From positions 320,001 through 384,000 of the forward strand of contig OZ251997.1 of NCBI GenBank assembly GCA_965247095.1: DNA of 64,000 bases. Reading direction: 5' to 3'. Below are positions 17,985 to 28,700 of the stretch, piece by piece. Made by a program: the position numbers and the translations under genes. This DNA comes from Candidatus Multivorans sp. (GTDB taxonomy: Bacteria; Acidobacteriota; Thermoanaerobaculia; Multivoradales; Multivoraceae). The notes beneath the pieces were generated by a model. It worked only from the letters and a program-made list of their open reading frames with translations, searched no databases and was not told the origin of the DNA. The first letter of the stretch is position 1. Each line of letters opens with the position of its first letter.

Positions 17985-20900
17985 CTACCAGGTGTCGATG
18001 TTTCTCCGCTTCTTGCCGTCGCGAACCGGGGGCGGCGGCACCGAGTCGAGCGTCCGGGCGATCCAGCGGCGCGAGTCGGCAGGGTCGATCACGTCGTCGA
18101 CGGCGAAGGCCGCGCCGGCGGTGAGGGCGCTGCCTCGTTCGTAGGCCGCAGCGACAAGTTCTTCGTAACGGGCGCGCCGCTCTTCGGGGTCCTCGATCGC
18201 GACGAGTTCGTTGCGGAACCCGAGCTTGACCTGACCTTCGAGGCCCATGCCGCCGAACTCGGCGGTCGGCCAGGCGACGGTGAAGAAGGGCTCCTTCAGG
18301 TCGCCGCCCGCCATCGCCTGGGCGCCGAGACCGTAGGCCTTGCGGAGCACGATCGTCAGCGTCGGCACCGTGACGTTGGCGCCGGTCACGAACAGCCTGC
18401 AGCAGTGGCGGACCAGGGCGGTGCGCTCGATCTCCGGCCCGACCATCATGCCGGGCGTGTCGCAGAGAACGAGGACGGGAATGTCGAAGGCGTCGCATAA
18501 CTGCAGGAAACGTGCGCCCTTGTCCGAGCCGTCGCTATCGATCGCGCCGGACAGGAACTCCGGGTTGTTGGCGAGGACGCCCACCGGCCGTCCCTCGACC
18601 CGGATCAGGGTGGTCACCATGCCGAGGCCGAACTCGGGCCGGAGCTCCAGCACGCTGCCGGTGTCGGCCAGGGTGCGGATCACTTCGCGCACGTTGTAGA
18701 TGCGCAGGCGGTTCTCCGGCACGATCCGGCGCAGGAGTCTCTGATCGGGGCACTGCCAGTCGTCGACCCGACCCTGGAAGTAGGAGAGGTACTGCTGTGT
18801 GGCGGCGACCGCCTCGACCTCGTCCTGGACCGCGATGTCGACGACGCCGTTCGGCACCTGAACGTCCATCGGACCGACTTCCTCCGGCCGGAACACGCCC
18901 AGGCCGCCGCCCTCGATCAGGGCCGGGCCGCCCATGCCGATGCTGGAGTCGGCGGTGGCGATGATCACGTCGCAGCAGCCGAGCAGGGCGGCGTTGCCGG
19001 CAAAGCAGAAACGCGAGGTGATGCCCACGATCGGCACCAGTCCGCTCAGGCGGGCGAAGGAGGTGAAGGTCGGCGTGTCGAGAGGCCGGTAGGTTTCGTC
19101 GCTGCGGCCCTGGCCTGTGTTGGTGGTCGAGGCGCCGCCCTTCCGCTTGCCGCCGGTACCGGCGCGGCCGCCGCCACCCTCGGCGAACAGGACCACGGGG
19201 CGCTTCCAGCGGTGCGCCAGTTCGACCATGCGGTCCGTCTTCGGATGGTTGATCGCGCCCTGGGTGCCGGCGAGCACGGTGTAGTCGTAGGCCATGACCA
19301 CGCAACGGTTGCGCTCATCGGGGAAGAGATCGCCGTTGATCGAGCCGACGCCGGTGATCATGCCGTCGGTCGGGAATTTGCGGATGATCTCTTCCTTCGG
19401 GAGGCCGGTGCCGGGGGTCAGCACCAACTGTCCGTGCTCGACGAAGCTGCCTTCGTCGCAGAGTTGGTCGATGTTCTCGCGCGCGGTACGTTGCTTTGTG
19501 TTGCGCCGTTTCTGGACCGCTTCGGGTCGCGCCTCGTCCAGCGTCACCCGGTGGCGTTCGAGGACCTTGCCGAGATCGGGCCGGATCAGATCGAGGTCGA
19601 TCTCGGCCTCCTGCTCGTCGCGCGAGACCTCGATGTCCCGTTCCTCGATCAGCGCCAGGACGTGGCCCTCCCAGACCGCGTCGCCGGCCGCGGCCCGCAG
19701 ATCGCGCAGTTCGCCGCCGATGTCCGAGCGGATCTCGTGCTCCATCTTCATCGCTTCCATGATGAAGAGGATCTGACCCGGGGCGATCTCCTGGCCCAGT
19801 TCCGCCTCGTGACTGAGGACGGTGCCCTGCATGGGGGCGCGGACGGCGGTGAGCCCGTCGGGGACCGGCGTCGAATCGATCGGAGGGGGCGCGGCTGCCG
19901 GCACGCTGACACTCGGCGCCCCGGACTTGCCGTGGTCCAGCACGGCGAGCGGATCGACGGCGTCGACCTTGACGCCGGCCAGGCCGCGCTCCGAGCCCGC
20001 GCTTCCACCGTTGTCGACGACGCTGGCCTGGCAGCCGCGATCCTCGAACCTGGCAGCCTCCTCAACCAGTTCCACCAGCTTCTCGTCGACGAAGCGGGTG
20101 TGAACGTCCCACGACCCGGCCTCGGGACGCGTGAGCAGCGCGCGCAGGAAGGAGGCGTTCGTTTCGATGCCCTCGATCCGGAAGTCGCCGAGCGCGCGGG
20201 CGGTCCGGGCCAGGGCGGCGACGTGGTCGGCCTGTGGCACTCGCCCCACGACCTTGGCCAGCAGGGAGTCGAAGCGTGGATTCGTCTGGTAGCCGGCGTA
20301 GCCGAACGTGTCCGTGCGCAGCCCCGGCCCGTTGGGCGGCTCGAAGGCGGTGAGGACGCCGCCGGTGGGCAACACCGCGCCGCCGGTGGCCATCTTCTCC
20401 ATGTTGACCCGGGCCTGCACGGCGTAGCCGCGCGGCGCCGCGCCGTTCTGCGAAGAGAAGCCCAGTTCGGCGAGCAGGCGGCCCTGGGCCAGTTCGAGCT
20501 GAAGGTGGACGAGGTCGACGCCGAAGACCTCCTCGGTCACCGTGTGTTCGACCTGCAGGCGCGCGTTCGCTTCGATGAAGAAGAAACGCGGTTCGGCATC
20601 GGATCCAGCCCCGGTCTCGACCAGGAACTCGAAGGTGCCGAGGTTGCGGTAGGCCGCTGCGGAAGCAAGAGCGAGCGCAGCGTCCCGGATCGCCTTGCGC
20701 AGCGCCGGCGGCAGGCAGGGCGCGGGCGCGATCTCGATCAGCTTCTGGTGGCGTCGCTGGAAGCTGCAGTCCCGGTCGCCGAAGTGGACGACGGCGCCGC
20801 TCGCATCGCCGGCGATCTGCACCTCCACGTGGCGGACCGCCGTCAGCAACTCCTCGACGAAGACACCGTCGTTGTCGAATGCAGCTCCGGCCTCGGACAC

Positions 20901-21446
20901 GGCCCGGCGGTACGCGTCCTCGAGTTCGTCTTCCGCGGTCACGATCCTCATGCCGCGGCCGCCGCCGCCCCCGACCGCCTTGATCAGCATCGAGGAGCCC
21001 GGGGGCAGGTCGTCCATGAAGGCGCGCGCCTGTTCCAGCGTGACCGGTTCGGAAACCCCGGGGACGACCGGAACGCCATGCTTCTGGGCGAGAGCCCGGG
21101 CCCGTGCCTTGTCGCCGAACAGCTCGAGGGACGTAGGCTCCGGTCCGACGAACCGGAGGCCCGCGGCGATACAGGCGCGGGCGAAGCCGGCGTTCTCGCT
21201 CAGGAAGCCGTAGCCCGGGTGGACCGCGTCGCATCCGTGCCCGGCGGCGGCCCGGAGCAGTTGCTTAGCGTCGAGGTAGGCGGCGGGGCCGGCGCCGCTG
21301 AGAGCCGCCGCTTCGTCCGCCGTCCGGACGTGAAGCGACGCGGCGTCGTCTTCTGAGAACACCGCCACGGTCGGGATGTCGAGTTCCGCCGCGGCGCGGG
21401 CGATACGGACCGCGATCTCGCCGCGGTTGGCGATCAGCAACTTCAT
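17985..21446 (-). CDS. Single-chain biotin-dependent acyl-CoA carboxylase (BC-BCCP-CT)
   Basis: LLIANRGEIA, HPGYGFLSE, RLQVEH, EAMKM biotinylation site, DYTVLAGTQG, DTPGMMVG. Confidence 0.93.
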   Translation of the reverse strand: MKLLIANRGEIAVRIARAAAELDIPTVAVFSEDDAASLHVRTADEAAALSGAGPAAYLDAKQLLRAAAGHGCDAVHPGYGFLSENAGFARACIAAGLRFVGPEPTSLELFGDKARARALAQKHGVPVVPGVSEPVTLEQARAFMDDLPPGSSMLIKAVGGGGGRGMRIVTAEDELEDAYRRAVSEAGAAFDNDGVFVEELLTAVRHVEVQIAGDASGAVVHFGDRDCSFQRRHQKLIEIAPAPCLPPALRKAIRDAALALASAAAYRNLGTFEFLVETGAGSDAEPRFFFIEANARLQVEHTVTEEVFGVDLVHLQLELAQGRLLAELGFSSQNGAAPRGYAVQARVNMEKMATGGAVLPTGGVLTAFEPPNGPGLRTDTFGYAGYQTNPRFDSLLAKVVGRVPQADHVAALARTARALGDFRIEGIETNASFLRALLTRPEAGSWDVHTRFVDEKLVELVEEAARFEDRGCQASVVDNGGSAGSERGLAGVKVDAVDPLAVLDHGKSGAPSVSVPAAAPPPIDSTPVPDGLTAVRAPMQGTVLSHEAELGQEIAPGQILFIMEAMKMEHEIRSDIGGELRDLRAAAGDAVWEGHVLALIEERDIEVSRDEQEAEIDLDLIRPDLGKVLERHRVTLDEARPEAVQKRRNTKQRTARENIDQLCDEGSFVEHGQLVLTPGTGLPKEEIIRKFPTDGMITGVGSINGDLFPDERNRCVVMAYDYTVLAGTQGAINHPKTDRMVELAHRWKRPVVLFAEGGGGRAGTGGKRKGGASTTNTGQGRSDETYRPLDTPTFTSFARLSGLVPIVGITSRFCFAGNAALLGCCDVIIATADSSIGMGGPALIEGGGLGVFRPEEVGPMDVQVPNGVVDIAVQDEVEAVAATQQYLSYFQGRVDDWQCPDQRLLRRIVPENRLRIYNVREVIRTLADTGSVLELRPEFGLGMVTTLIRVEGRPVGVLANNPEFLSGAIDSDGSDKGARFLQLCDAFDIPVLVLCDTPGMMVGPEIERTALVRHCCRLFVTGANVTVPTLTIVLRKAYGLGAQAMAGGDLKEPFFTVAWPTAEFGGMGLEGQVKLGFRNELVAIEDPEERRARYEELVAAAYERGSALTAGAAFAVDDVIDPADSRRWIARTLDSVPPPPVRDGKKRRNIDTW

Positions 21447-21599
21447 CGGAACTTGGCCCCTTCCGGCTCGGAAGGGCCGTTATCCTATGCGGCCGGTGAT
21501 CCACCAGCTCGCCTCGAAGCACAGACAGGCGCGCTTGCCCGCGTCGACGCGTTCGCAAGATCGCTCCCTCCCACGTCAAACCGGAGAAGCCCAGAGCCA

Positions 21600-22625
21600 A
21601 TGAAAGTCATTCGCACTCCCGACGAGCGCTTCGTCGACCTTCCCGACTTCGACTACGAGCCCCACTACACCGTCGTACCGAGGGGCGACGGTGAGGGCGA
21701 GGGTCTCCGGATCCACCACGTGGAGGCGGGGCCGGAGGAAGGTCCGCTGGTGCTTCTGATGCACGGTCAGCCGACCTGGAGCTTCCTCTACCGGCGGATG
21801 ATCCCGGTGCTCGTGGAGCGGGGCCTGCGGGTGATGGCGCCGGACCTGGTCGGCTATGGCCGGTCGGACAAGCCGACGGAGCGCGAGGACTACACCTACC
21901 AGCGGCAGGTGGACTGGCTGAGCGCCTGGTTGCGCAGTAACGGCGTCGTCCACGCGACCCTGGTCGGCCAGGACTGGGGAGGCCTGATCGGGCTGCGGAT
22001 GGCGGCGCTCGATCCGGCCCGCTTCGACCGCATCGTCGCCGCGAACACCGGCTTGCCGCTGCCGCTTGAGATGTCCGGGGAGACGGTGCGAAAGATCGAG
22101 AAGTTCCGGGCCGAGGCGCCGACACCGACGATGATGGAGATGCAGCAGCAGATCTCGCAGATGGGGACGGATCCGGCGGTCAAGTTCGCGTACTGGCAGA
22201 AGTGGACCTGGGAGACCGAGGACATTCCGGTCGGGCTCATGCTCGCGGCCAGCGTCGACGGCGTGTCGCTCACGCCTGAGGAGATGGCGGCCTACGACGC
22301 ACCGTTCCCCGATCCGTCCTACAAGGCGGGGATCCGGGCCATGCCGAGCCGGGTGCCGATGTTGCCGAACGACCCTTCCGTGCCGGCTCAGATGGAAGCC
22401 TGGCGCGTGTTCTCGGAGTGGACGAAGCCGTTTCTCTGCGCCTTCGCGGACGACGATCCGGTCACGGGCGGCGCAAAGCGGCCCTTCAAAGCGAGGGTTC
22501 CCGGCGCGCAGGGGCAGCCCCACAAGACGATCGAGGGCGGCGGCCATTTCCTGCAGGAGGGCCGGGGCCGGGAACTGGCCGCGATCGTCGCCGACTTCAT
22601 CGAGTCGACGCCGGTGGGCGGCTAA
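21600..22625 (+). CDS. Haloalkane dehalogenase (alpha/beta hydrolase)
   Basis: RTPDERF, HGQPTWS, QDWGG (Asp nucleophile and Trp), YDAPFP, GHFLQE. Confidence 0.88.
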   Translation: MKVIRTPDERFVDLPDFDYEPHYTVVPRGDGEGEGLRIHHVEAGPEEGPLVLLMHGQPTWSFLYRRMIPVLVERGLRVMAPDLVGYGRSDKPTEREDYTYQRQVDWLSAWLRSNGVVHATLVGQDWGGLIGLRMAALDPARFDRIVAANTGLPLPLEMSGETVRKIEKFRAEAPTPTMMEMQQQISQMGTDPAVKFAYWQKWTWETEDIPVGLMLAASVDGVSLTPEEMAAYDAPFPDPSYKAGIRAMPSRVPMLPNDPSVPAQMEAWRVFSEWTKPFLCAFADDDPVTGGAKRPFKARVPGAQGQPHKTIEGGGHFLQEGRGRELAAIVADFIESTPVGG

Positions 22626-22682
22626 GAGCGTGCGCCGCAGAACATGGGGCACGCCGATTCTTCCTACCGCGCACGCTGCTAG
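22622..22682. mobile_element. 53-bp MITE-like element (22626-22678) flanked by CTAA/CTAG
   Basis: Terminal IR gagcgtgcgc...gcgcacgctg; 46/53 identical to 25743-25795. Confidence 0.65.
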
Positions 22683-22688
22683 GTGGCG

Positions 22689-23351
22689 ATGAGCGAAGGT
22701 CGTCGGAGGCTCCTGCGACGTGGACTCGTGGCTGTCGTCGCAGTCGTGGCGTTGGCCGGGGCGGCCGTCGCGGCGGCTCGGGTCTATCTTCGCTCGGCGC
22801 CGCGGCCGGCCGACACGACCGAAGCGCGTCTGCTGATCGGCGGCGGCGGAGAGGTCGATCACTGCGACCTGCCGGTGCTCGACGGATCGGGGCTTACCGC
22901 GGACGAGATACCGATCGCCTACACGCCCGGATGCGCCGGGTGGACCGAGTGGCCGCTGCCCGTGCTGGCGGCCTGCACCGAACCGCTTCCCGCCGGAGCG
23001 CCGGACCTGCGCGGGCTCTGGCTGGATGGCAACAGCGGGCATCTGGAACGGGTCGAGCAGTGCGGCGACCGGGTAGTCGTGACCACGGTCGGCGTCATCC
23101 ACGACATGAGGGCGGATGGCACTTTGCGGCATGGCGCCAACGACGTGAACACGCGCTGTATGAGGATTCGCAATCGGACCCGCTACCGGGACGGAGTGCT
23201 GCAGATGGACGGCTACGGCATTCCCTGGCTCCGGGTCGAGCGCTGGATGGATGGCGACGAACTGCGCTGGACGCATCCCCAGGCTGGCAGTCACCGGATG
23301 CAGTGCATCTGCCACGTTCCGCCCGAGCGCGTGACGCGCGAGCCCTACTGA
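22689..23351 (+). CDS. Hypothetical membrane-anchored Cys-containing protein
   Basis: N-terminal basic stretch plus TM; PDLRGLW, ERVEQCGDRVVVT..GVIHDMRADG. Confidence 0.72.
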   Translation: MSEGRRRLLRRGLVAVVAVVALAGAAVAAARVYLRSAPRPADTTEARLLIGGGGEVDHCDLPVLDGSGLTADEIPIAYTPGCAGWTEWPLPVLAACTEPLPAGAPDLRGLWLDGNSGHLERVEQCGDRVVVTTVGVIHDMRADGTLRHGANDVNTRCMRIRNRTRYRDGVLQMDGYGIPWLRVERWMDGDELRWTHPQAGSHRMQCICHVPPERVTREPY

Positions 23352-23433
23352 AGGAGCCGTCGTCCCGGACAGCGGTCCGCTTGCCTGAACCTGGTCCGGG
23401 CGCCGAGGTGCGCGAGGCGCGGGCGCCGGCCGC

Positions 23434-23492
23434 TTGACATCTGGAGATTCGGGTGATGTCATAGCACCATCAATAGGGAGGTCATGACATCA
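23434..23492 (+). promoter_or_regulatory. sigma70-type promoter/operator of TA module 2
   Basis: TTGACA at 23434; inverted repeat tgacatc/gatgtca, plus a third tgacatc next to the start codon; -10 is weak. Confidence 0.55.
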
Positions 23493-23755
23493 TGCGTAGT
23501 ACGGTGCGAATCGACGACGACCTCATGGAGGCCCTCCGAGCGCGCTCGGAGGGTGAGGGCCTGAGCATGGCGCGCATGCTCAACCGGCTGCTACGGTCCG
23601 GCCTCGCCGCGGAATCAGGCGCCACCCGGCGGCCGCGGTTTCGGCAAGCAACCGCGTGCATGGGCCGATCCCGCGTCGATCTGGACAAGGCGCTCTCGCT
23701 CGCCGCTGCGCTCGAGGACGAGGAGATTGTTCGCAAGCTCTCGGTGAGGAAATGA
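23492..23755 (+). CDS. vapB: VapB-like RHH antitoxin
   Basis: MRSTVRIDDDL...LDKALSLAAALEDEE, upstream of PIN gene. Confidence 0.85.
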   Translation: MRSTVRIDDDLMEALRARSEGEGLSMARMLNRLLRSGLAAESGATRRPRFRQATACMGRSRVDLDKALSLAAALEDEEIVRKLSVRK

Positions 23756-23762
23756 CTGCCTC

Positions 23763-24233
23763 GTGATGATCGTCGACGTCAACGTCCTCCTGTACGCGGT
23801 CAACGAGAACGCCGAGAACCACGAGCCGATCCGCTCCTGGTTGGAGGACGCACTGGACGGGGACGAGACGGTGGGCCTGCCGTGGATCGTCTTGCTGGGC
23901 TTCGTTCGGATAGCGACCAATCCGCGCGTGTTTTCGGCGCCGTTGTCGGTCGACGAGGCGCTTGACAGGGTGGAACAGTGGTTGGACGCCCATGTCGTCA
24001 CGATCGTCGGGGAGAAGACCGACCACTGGCGCGCGCTGCGGGGCCTGCTCGAAGACACGGGTACGGCGGGTAACCTGACGACCGATGCTCACCTCGCGGC
24101 GTGCGCCATCACGCACGATGCAACCCTGGTGTCGTGTGACGGCGACTTTGCCCGTTTCGAGGGCCTGCGTTGGACGAATCCGCTCAAGGCCGCGCGGCCG
24201 GTCACGGCCCGCGCCAACGGCCTGTCCCGGTAG
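23763..24233 (+). CDS. vapC: PIN-domain VapC toxin
   Basis: IVDVNVLLYA, GFVRIATNPR, GNLTTDAHLAA, SCDGDFARF. Confidence 0.92.
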   Translation: MMIVDVNVLLYAVNENAENHEPIRSWLEDALDGDETVGLPWIVLLGFVRIATNPRVFSAPLSVDEALDRVEQWLDAHVVTIVGEKTDHWRALRGLLEDTGTAGNLTTDAHLAACAITHDATLVSCDGDFARFEGLRWTNPLKAARPVTARANGLSR

Positions 24234-24252
24234 CCGCGGTACGATGCCGGCG

Positions 24253-24858
24253 ATGCTCGGCACGACCCTCGACGCCACGGCGTACCTCGACCGTCTGCGC
24301 GCCGAGCTGGCTCGGGTGGACGCGGCGGCGGTCGAGCGTTGGGCGGATCTGGTGTTTGATGTCTGGACTCAGGGCAGCACGCTCTATCTGATCGGCAATG
24401 GCGGGTCGGCCGCAGCGGCAAGCCACCTGAGTGTCGATCTGGGGAAGGGCACGGTCGCCAAAGGCAGCCTGCGGGACGAGTCCCTTCGACGGTTGCGAGT
24501 CGTCAGCCTGGCCGACAGCGTGCCGTGGATTACGGCGGTGGGCAACGACCTCGACTACGAGCAGATCTTCGTCCAGCAACTGATGAGCGCTGCCGTTTCC
24601 GGCGACGCCCTGATGGCGTTCAGCGGCTCGGGCAACAGTCCCAACGTGCTCGCCGCGGTGGACTGGGCGAACCGTCACGGCCTGCGGACCTTCGGGCTGA
24701 GCGGATTCGACGGCGGCCGGCTGAAGGAACTCCAGCAGGACGGCGTCCACGTCGATCTCGACGACATGGGAATGGTCGAGAGCGTTCACGTCAGCCTGTT
24801 CCACTGGGTCGTGGACGACGTCTACGCCCGCACCCAGCAGACCGGCCGGTACGCCTGA
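24253..24858 (+). CDS. SIS-domain sugar isomerase, phosphoheptose isomerase (GmhA)-like
   Basis: GNGGSAAAASH, TAVGND, SGSGNSPNV, GFDGGRL. Confidence 0.85.
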   Translation: MLGTTLDATAYLDRLRAELARVDAAAVERWADLVFDVWTQGSTLYLIGNGGSAAAASHLSVDLGKGTVAKGSLRDESLRRLRVVSLADSVPWITAVGNDLDYEQIFVQQLMSAAVSGDALMAFSGSGNSPNVLAAVDWANRHGLRTFGLSGFDGGRLKELQQDGVHVDLDDMGMVESVHVSLFHWVVDDVYARTQQTGRYA

Positions 24859-24868
24859 GGACGGCGCC

Positions 24869-25720
24869 ATGGAAACCGCATCGAGCGGACGCCGGGTCGA
24901 TCTGCCGGGGCGGGGTGCGACGTGGGTGCATGAGGTCGAGGGGCCGCCCGGGGCACCGGTCCTGCTGCTGCTTCACGGCCTGGCGGCCACCGCGCTCCTG
25001 AACTGGGCTACGAGCTTCGCCACTCTCGGACGCGGTTTCCGGGTCCTCGCGCTCGACCAGCGCGGGCACGGCCACGGCATCCGTCGGATCGGCGCCTTCA
25101 AGCTCGAGGACTGCGCCGACGATGCGGCGGCGTTGGTCGACCGGCTGGGCGTGGAGCGGGTGATCCCGGTCGGCTACTCAATGGGCGGAGCGGTGGCGCA
25201 GTTGTTCTGGCGCCGTCACCCGGACCGGACCGCGGGTCTCGTGCTCTGCGCGACCAGTTCGCGCTTCGGCGGTCCGCGGGCCCAGCGGGCGGCCTCCACG
25301 CTCGGGCCGTTGCTGTCGCTGGCGGCGCGCGCGGCCCCCCGGTCGCTGTGGGAACGCATGGGCGAGCGCATGCTCGCGAACGTCGAGGATCCAGCCCTGC
25401 AGCAGACATTGAAGGAGCAGATGGGACCGACGGATCCGGTCTCGGTGATCGAGGCTAGCGCCGCGTTGGCCCGGTTCGACTCGAGCCCCTGGCTCGGCGA
25501 GATCGACGTGCCGACCGGGGTTGTGCTGACCGAGCAGGACGGGCACATTCCGCCCCAGTACCAGGCGCTGATGGCGGAGCAGGTTCCCGGCGCCTCGGTC
25601 CACCGGGTGGATGCCGATCACTACGCCTGCGTGGCGCGACCGGACCTCTTCGTTCCGACTCTGTTCGCCGCCTGCCGATCCGTCGCGCTACGCGGCGCGC
25701 CGGTACGCAGCGTTTCCTGA
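24869..25720 (+). CDS. Alpha/beta fold hydrolase
   Basis: LLHG, DQRGHG, GYSMGG nucleophile elbow. Confidence 0.88.
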   Translation: METASSGRRVDLPGRGATWVHEVEGPPGAPVLLLLHGLAATALLNWATSFATLGRGFRVLALDQRGHGHGIRRIGAFKLEDCADDAAALVDRLGVERVIPVGYSMGGAVAQLFWRRHPDRTAGLVLCATSSRFGGPRAQRAASTLGPLLSLAARAAPRSLWERMGERMLANVEDPALQQTLKEQMGPTDPVSVIEASAALARFDSSPWLGEIDVPTGVVLTEQDGHIPPQYQALMAEQVPGASVHRVDADHYACVARPDLFVPTLFAACRSVALRGAPVRSVS

Positions 25721-25738
25721 CGCCGCGTCAACGGGTCG

Positions 25739-25799
25739 CTAGGAGCGTGCGCGGCTGAACATGGGGTGCGCCGACTCTTCCTGCGGCGCACGCTGCTAG
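25739..25799. mobile_element. 53-bp MITE-like element (25743-25795) flanked by CTAG direct repeats
   Basis: ctag|gagcgtgcgcggc...gcggcgcacgctg|ctag; second copy at 22626-22678. Confidence 0.68.
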
Positions 25800-28700
25800 C
25801 GCCGCGGTCGCTTTCGGAGGCGCCTGCGTCGCCGTCGCCGCGGCTTGCTGACGTGGGCGGCCTGGGTGGCGGGCTGCCGGCCCAGGTTCACGAACTGGTC
25901 CCACACGGTGCGGCTCCACGCCGTCAGCTTCTCGACTGTCCGGTCCACCAGGTCGTAGATCACCGGCACGACGAGCAGGGTGAGCAGCGTGGAGGTGGCC
26001 ATGCCGCCCATCGTCAGCACCGCGATCGCGGCGCGGGCCTCGGAACCGGAGGCGGTGGAGAACGCGACCGGCAGCAGGCCGCAGATCAGCGAGAGGGCGG
26101 TCATCAGCACCGGACGCAGGCGCGCCGGCCCGGCCTCGAGAATCGCCTCCCTGCGGGTACGGCCGTCCTGGCGGAGGCGGTTGATGTAGTCGATCAGGAG
26201 GATGCCGTTCTTCATCACCAGCCCCATCAGCACCAGGAGACCGATGCCGCTCAACATGTCGAGCGGCTTGCCCGAGAGCTTGAGGGCCAGGAAGGCGCCG
26301 ATGAAGGAGAGCGGCGCGGACATCATGATCGTGATCGGGTGGACCAGGGAGTTGAAGAGGGACGCCAGGACCATGTAGATCGCGGCGATCGCGAGCACGA
26401 AGGCGAAGAACAGCGAGACGCTGGTCTCCTGCAAGACCACCGTCATGCCGCTGGGCACGAGTTGGTTCGGAGCCTCGAGCCCCACCATCTGGCTGTAGTC
26501 CTCGACCCGGGCGGCAAGTTCGGACTGCGCCACGCCCTCGGCTGCGTTGGCCGCGATCGTGATCTGGCGGGAGCGATTCTGGCGGCTGATCTGGACCGCG
26601 CCTTCGCCGACCCGGATGTCGGCGACGTTGGTGATCGGGGTCAGTTGACCGGAGGCGGTGCGGATCTGGATCAGGTCCAGCTTCTCCGGGGTGTCCCGGT
26701 ACTCGGGCAGGACCTGGACGCGGACGTCGTAGCGTTCCCCGCCCTCCTCGAAAGTGCCCAGTTCCTCTCCCGCGAGCAGGGTGCGGATCGTGCGGCCGAT
26801 GACCGTTGCCTGCACCCCGAGGTCGGCGGCGCGGTCGCGGTCGACGTCGATCTTGATTTCCGGCTTGCCGGTCTCCCAACTCGTTCCGACGTCGACGAAA
26901 GCGGGATCGGAGCGCATCAGCGCCACCAGCCGGTCCGAGTAGAGCTCGAGATCCTCCATGAGCGGACCGCGCAGACTGTAGGTCACGGCGCGCGAGCCCA
27001 ACTGGTCGTCGCTTCCCGCGATCCAGTTGATCGGCGACACGGCGACCTCCTCGGCCTCGGGGATCTGCGTCAGCAGCCGCTCGCGGACCCGGTCCATGAT
27101 CGCCGCCTGGCCGAGATCGCGCTCTCGCTTGTTCGTCAACTGGACGTAGATCGAAGCTCGATGGGGCTCCTGCCGGCTGCCGCCGCCGATCGTCGCGAAA
27201 CGGTTCCGGACCTCGGGGTCGGCCGCGAGCACTTCCTCGGCGCGGCGCGCCGCCTGAGCCGTGACGGCAAGCGGGGTGCCGATCGGCATCTTCACGTCGA
27301 CGTTGAACTCGCTCCGGTCCTCGGTCACGAACAGATCGAACGGGAGCGTGGTGGCGACCAGGACTCCGCCGGCCATTGCCGCCACCGCGACGATCAGGGT
27401 GAGCAGCTTATGGCCGAGGGCGCGCCGTAGAACCTCCTGGTAGAAGCGGTCGAGGCCGTCGAGGGCCGAGCCCAGGGCACGGCTCACCGGGTCGTTTCCC
27501 TGACGCGCGGTCAGCACGCGGCTGCCGAGCATGGGCGTCAAGGTCAGGGCGAAGAGGCTCGACACGCAGACAGCGATCGCCATCACCATGCCGAACTCGT
27601 AGAACCACTGGCCGACCGTGCCGGACATGAAGGCGATCGGCACGAAGACCGCGCACTGTGCCAGGGTGGTCGAGATCACCGCCAGCGTCACTTGGCTGGC
27701 GCCCTCCTCGGCTGCCTCTCTTCGGCCCAGCCCCTGCTCGATCCGGCGGTAGATCACCTCCAGGACCACGATCGCGTCGTCGATCACGACGCCGATCGAC
27801 AGCGACAACGCCATCAGCGTCATCACGTTCAGGGTGAAGTCGGCGACGTAGAAGAAGGTAAACGACGCGATCACGGAGGAGGGGATCGCGAGCGCCGAGA
27901 TCAGGGTCGACCTGGGGTTGCGCAGGAACAGGAGCACCACGGCGACCACCAGGACGCCGCCCCAGAGCATGTTCGAGAACACGGAGTAGATCGACTCCTC
28001 GATGAACACCGCCATGTCGCGGGTGATCAGGACCTCCATGCCGGGCGGCAGGTTCGGGCGCAGGGCCTCGACTTCGGTCCGAACCGCTTCGGCGACGGCG
28101 ACCGTGTTCGCCCCGCTCCGCCGCCGCACCTCGAGCGAGACCCCGCGCTGGCCGTTGAAACGGGCCACGGACCGCTCCTCGGCCAGGCCGTCCTCGATCT
28201 TCGCCACGTCCCGCAGGTAGACCAGCCGTCCGCCGCGTTCGGCGGCGATCAGGGCGCCGAAGTCCTCGACCCGCTTGACCCGGCCGGAGGTGGTCACCGT
28301 CCACTCCCGCTCGCGCCCCTCGACGCGGCCGCCGGCGGTCTCGGCGTTCTCCAGCAGCAGGGTGGAGCGGACATCGTCGATCGAGAGCCCGTAGCCGCCG
28401 AGCCGGACCGGATCGAGCCAGATCCGCACCTCGCGGCGGCGCGAGCCGATGATCTCGATGCTGCCGACGCCTGGCAGGCGTTCCAGTCGGTCCTTGACCA
28501 TGTTCTCGGCCAGTTCGGACAGTTCGCGGACCGAGACCGGACCACCGAGCATGATCGACAGGATCGGCGTCGCGTCCGGGTCGATCTGGGTGACGACCGG
28601 ATCTTCGATGTCGAGGGGGAGCTCCGCGCGGACGGGGGCCATCTTCTCGCGCACGTGCTGCGCCTTGACGTCGATGTCGTAGCCGGTTTCGAACTCGACG

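Noticed and set aside
17985-21446. BC-BCCP-CT fusion as novel
   Set aside because: Single-chain acyl-CoA carboxylases are an established family
22622-25799. 53-bp elements as integron attC sites
   Set aside because: They lack the RYYYAAC/GTTRRRY cores, there is no intI, and the orientation of flanking genes is inconsistent with a cassette array
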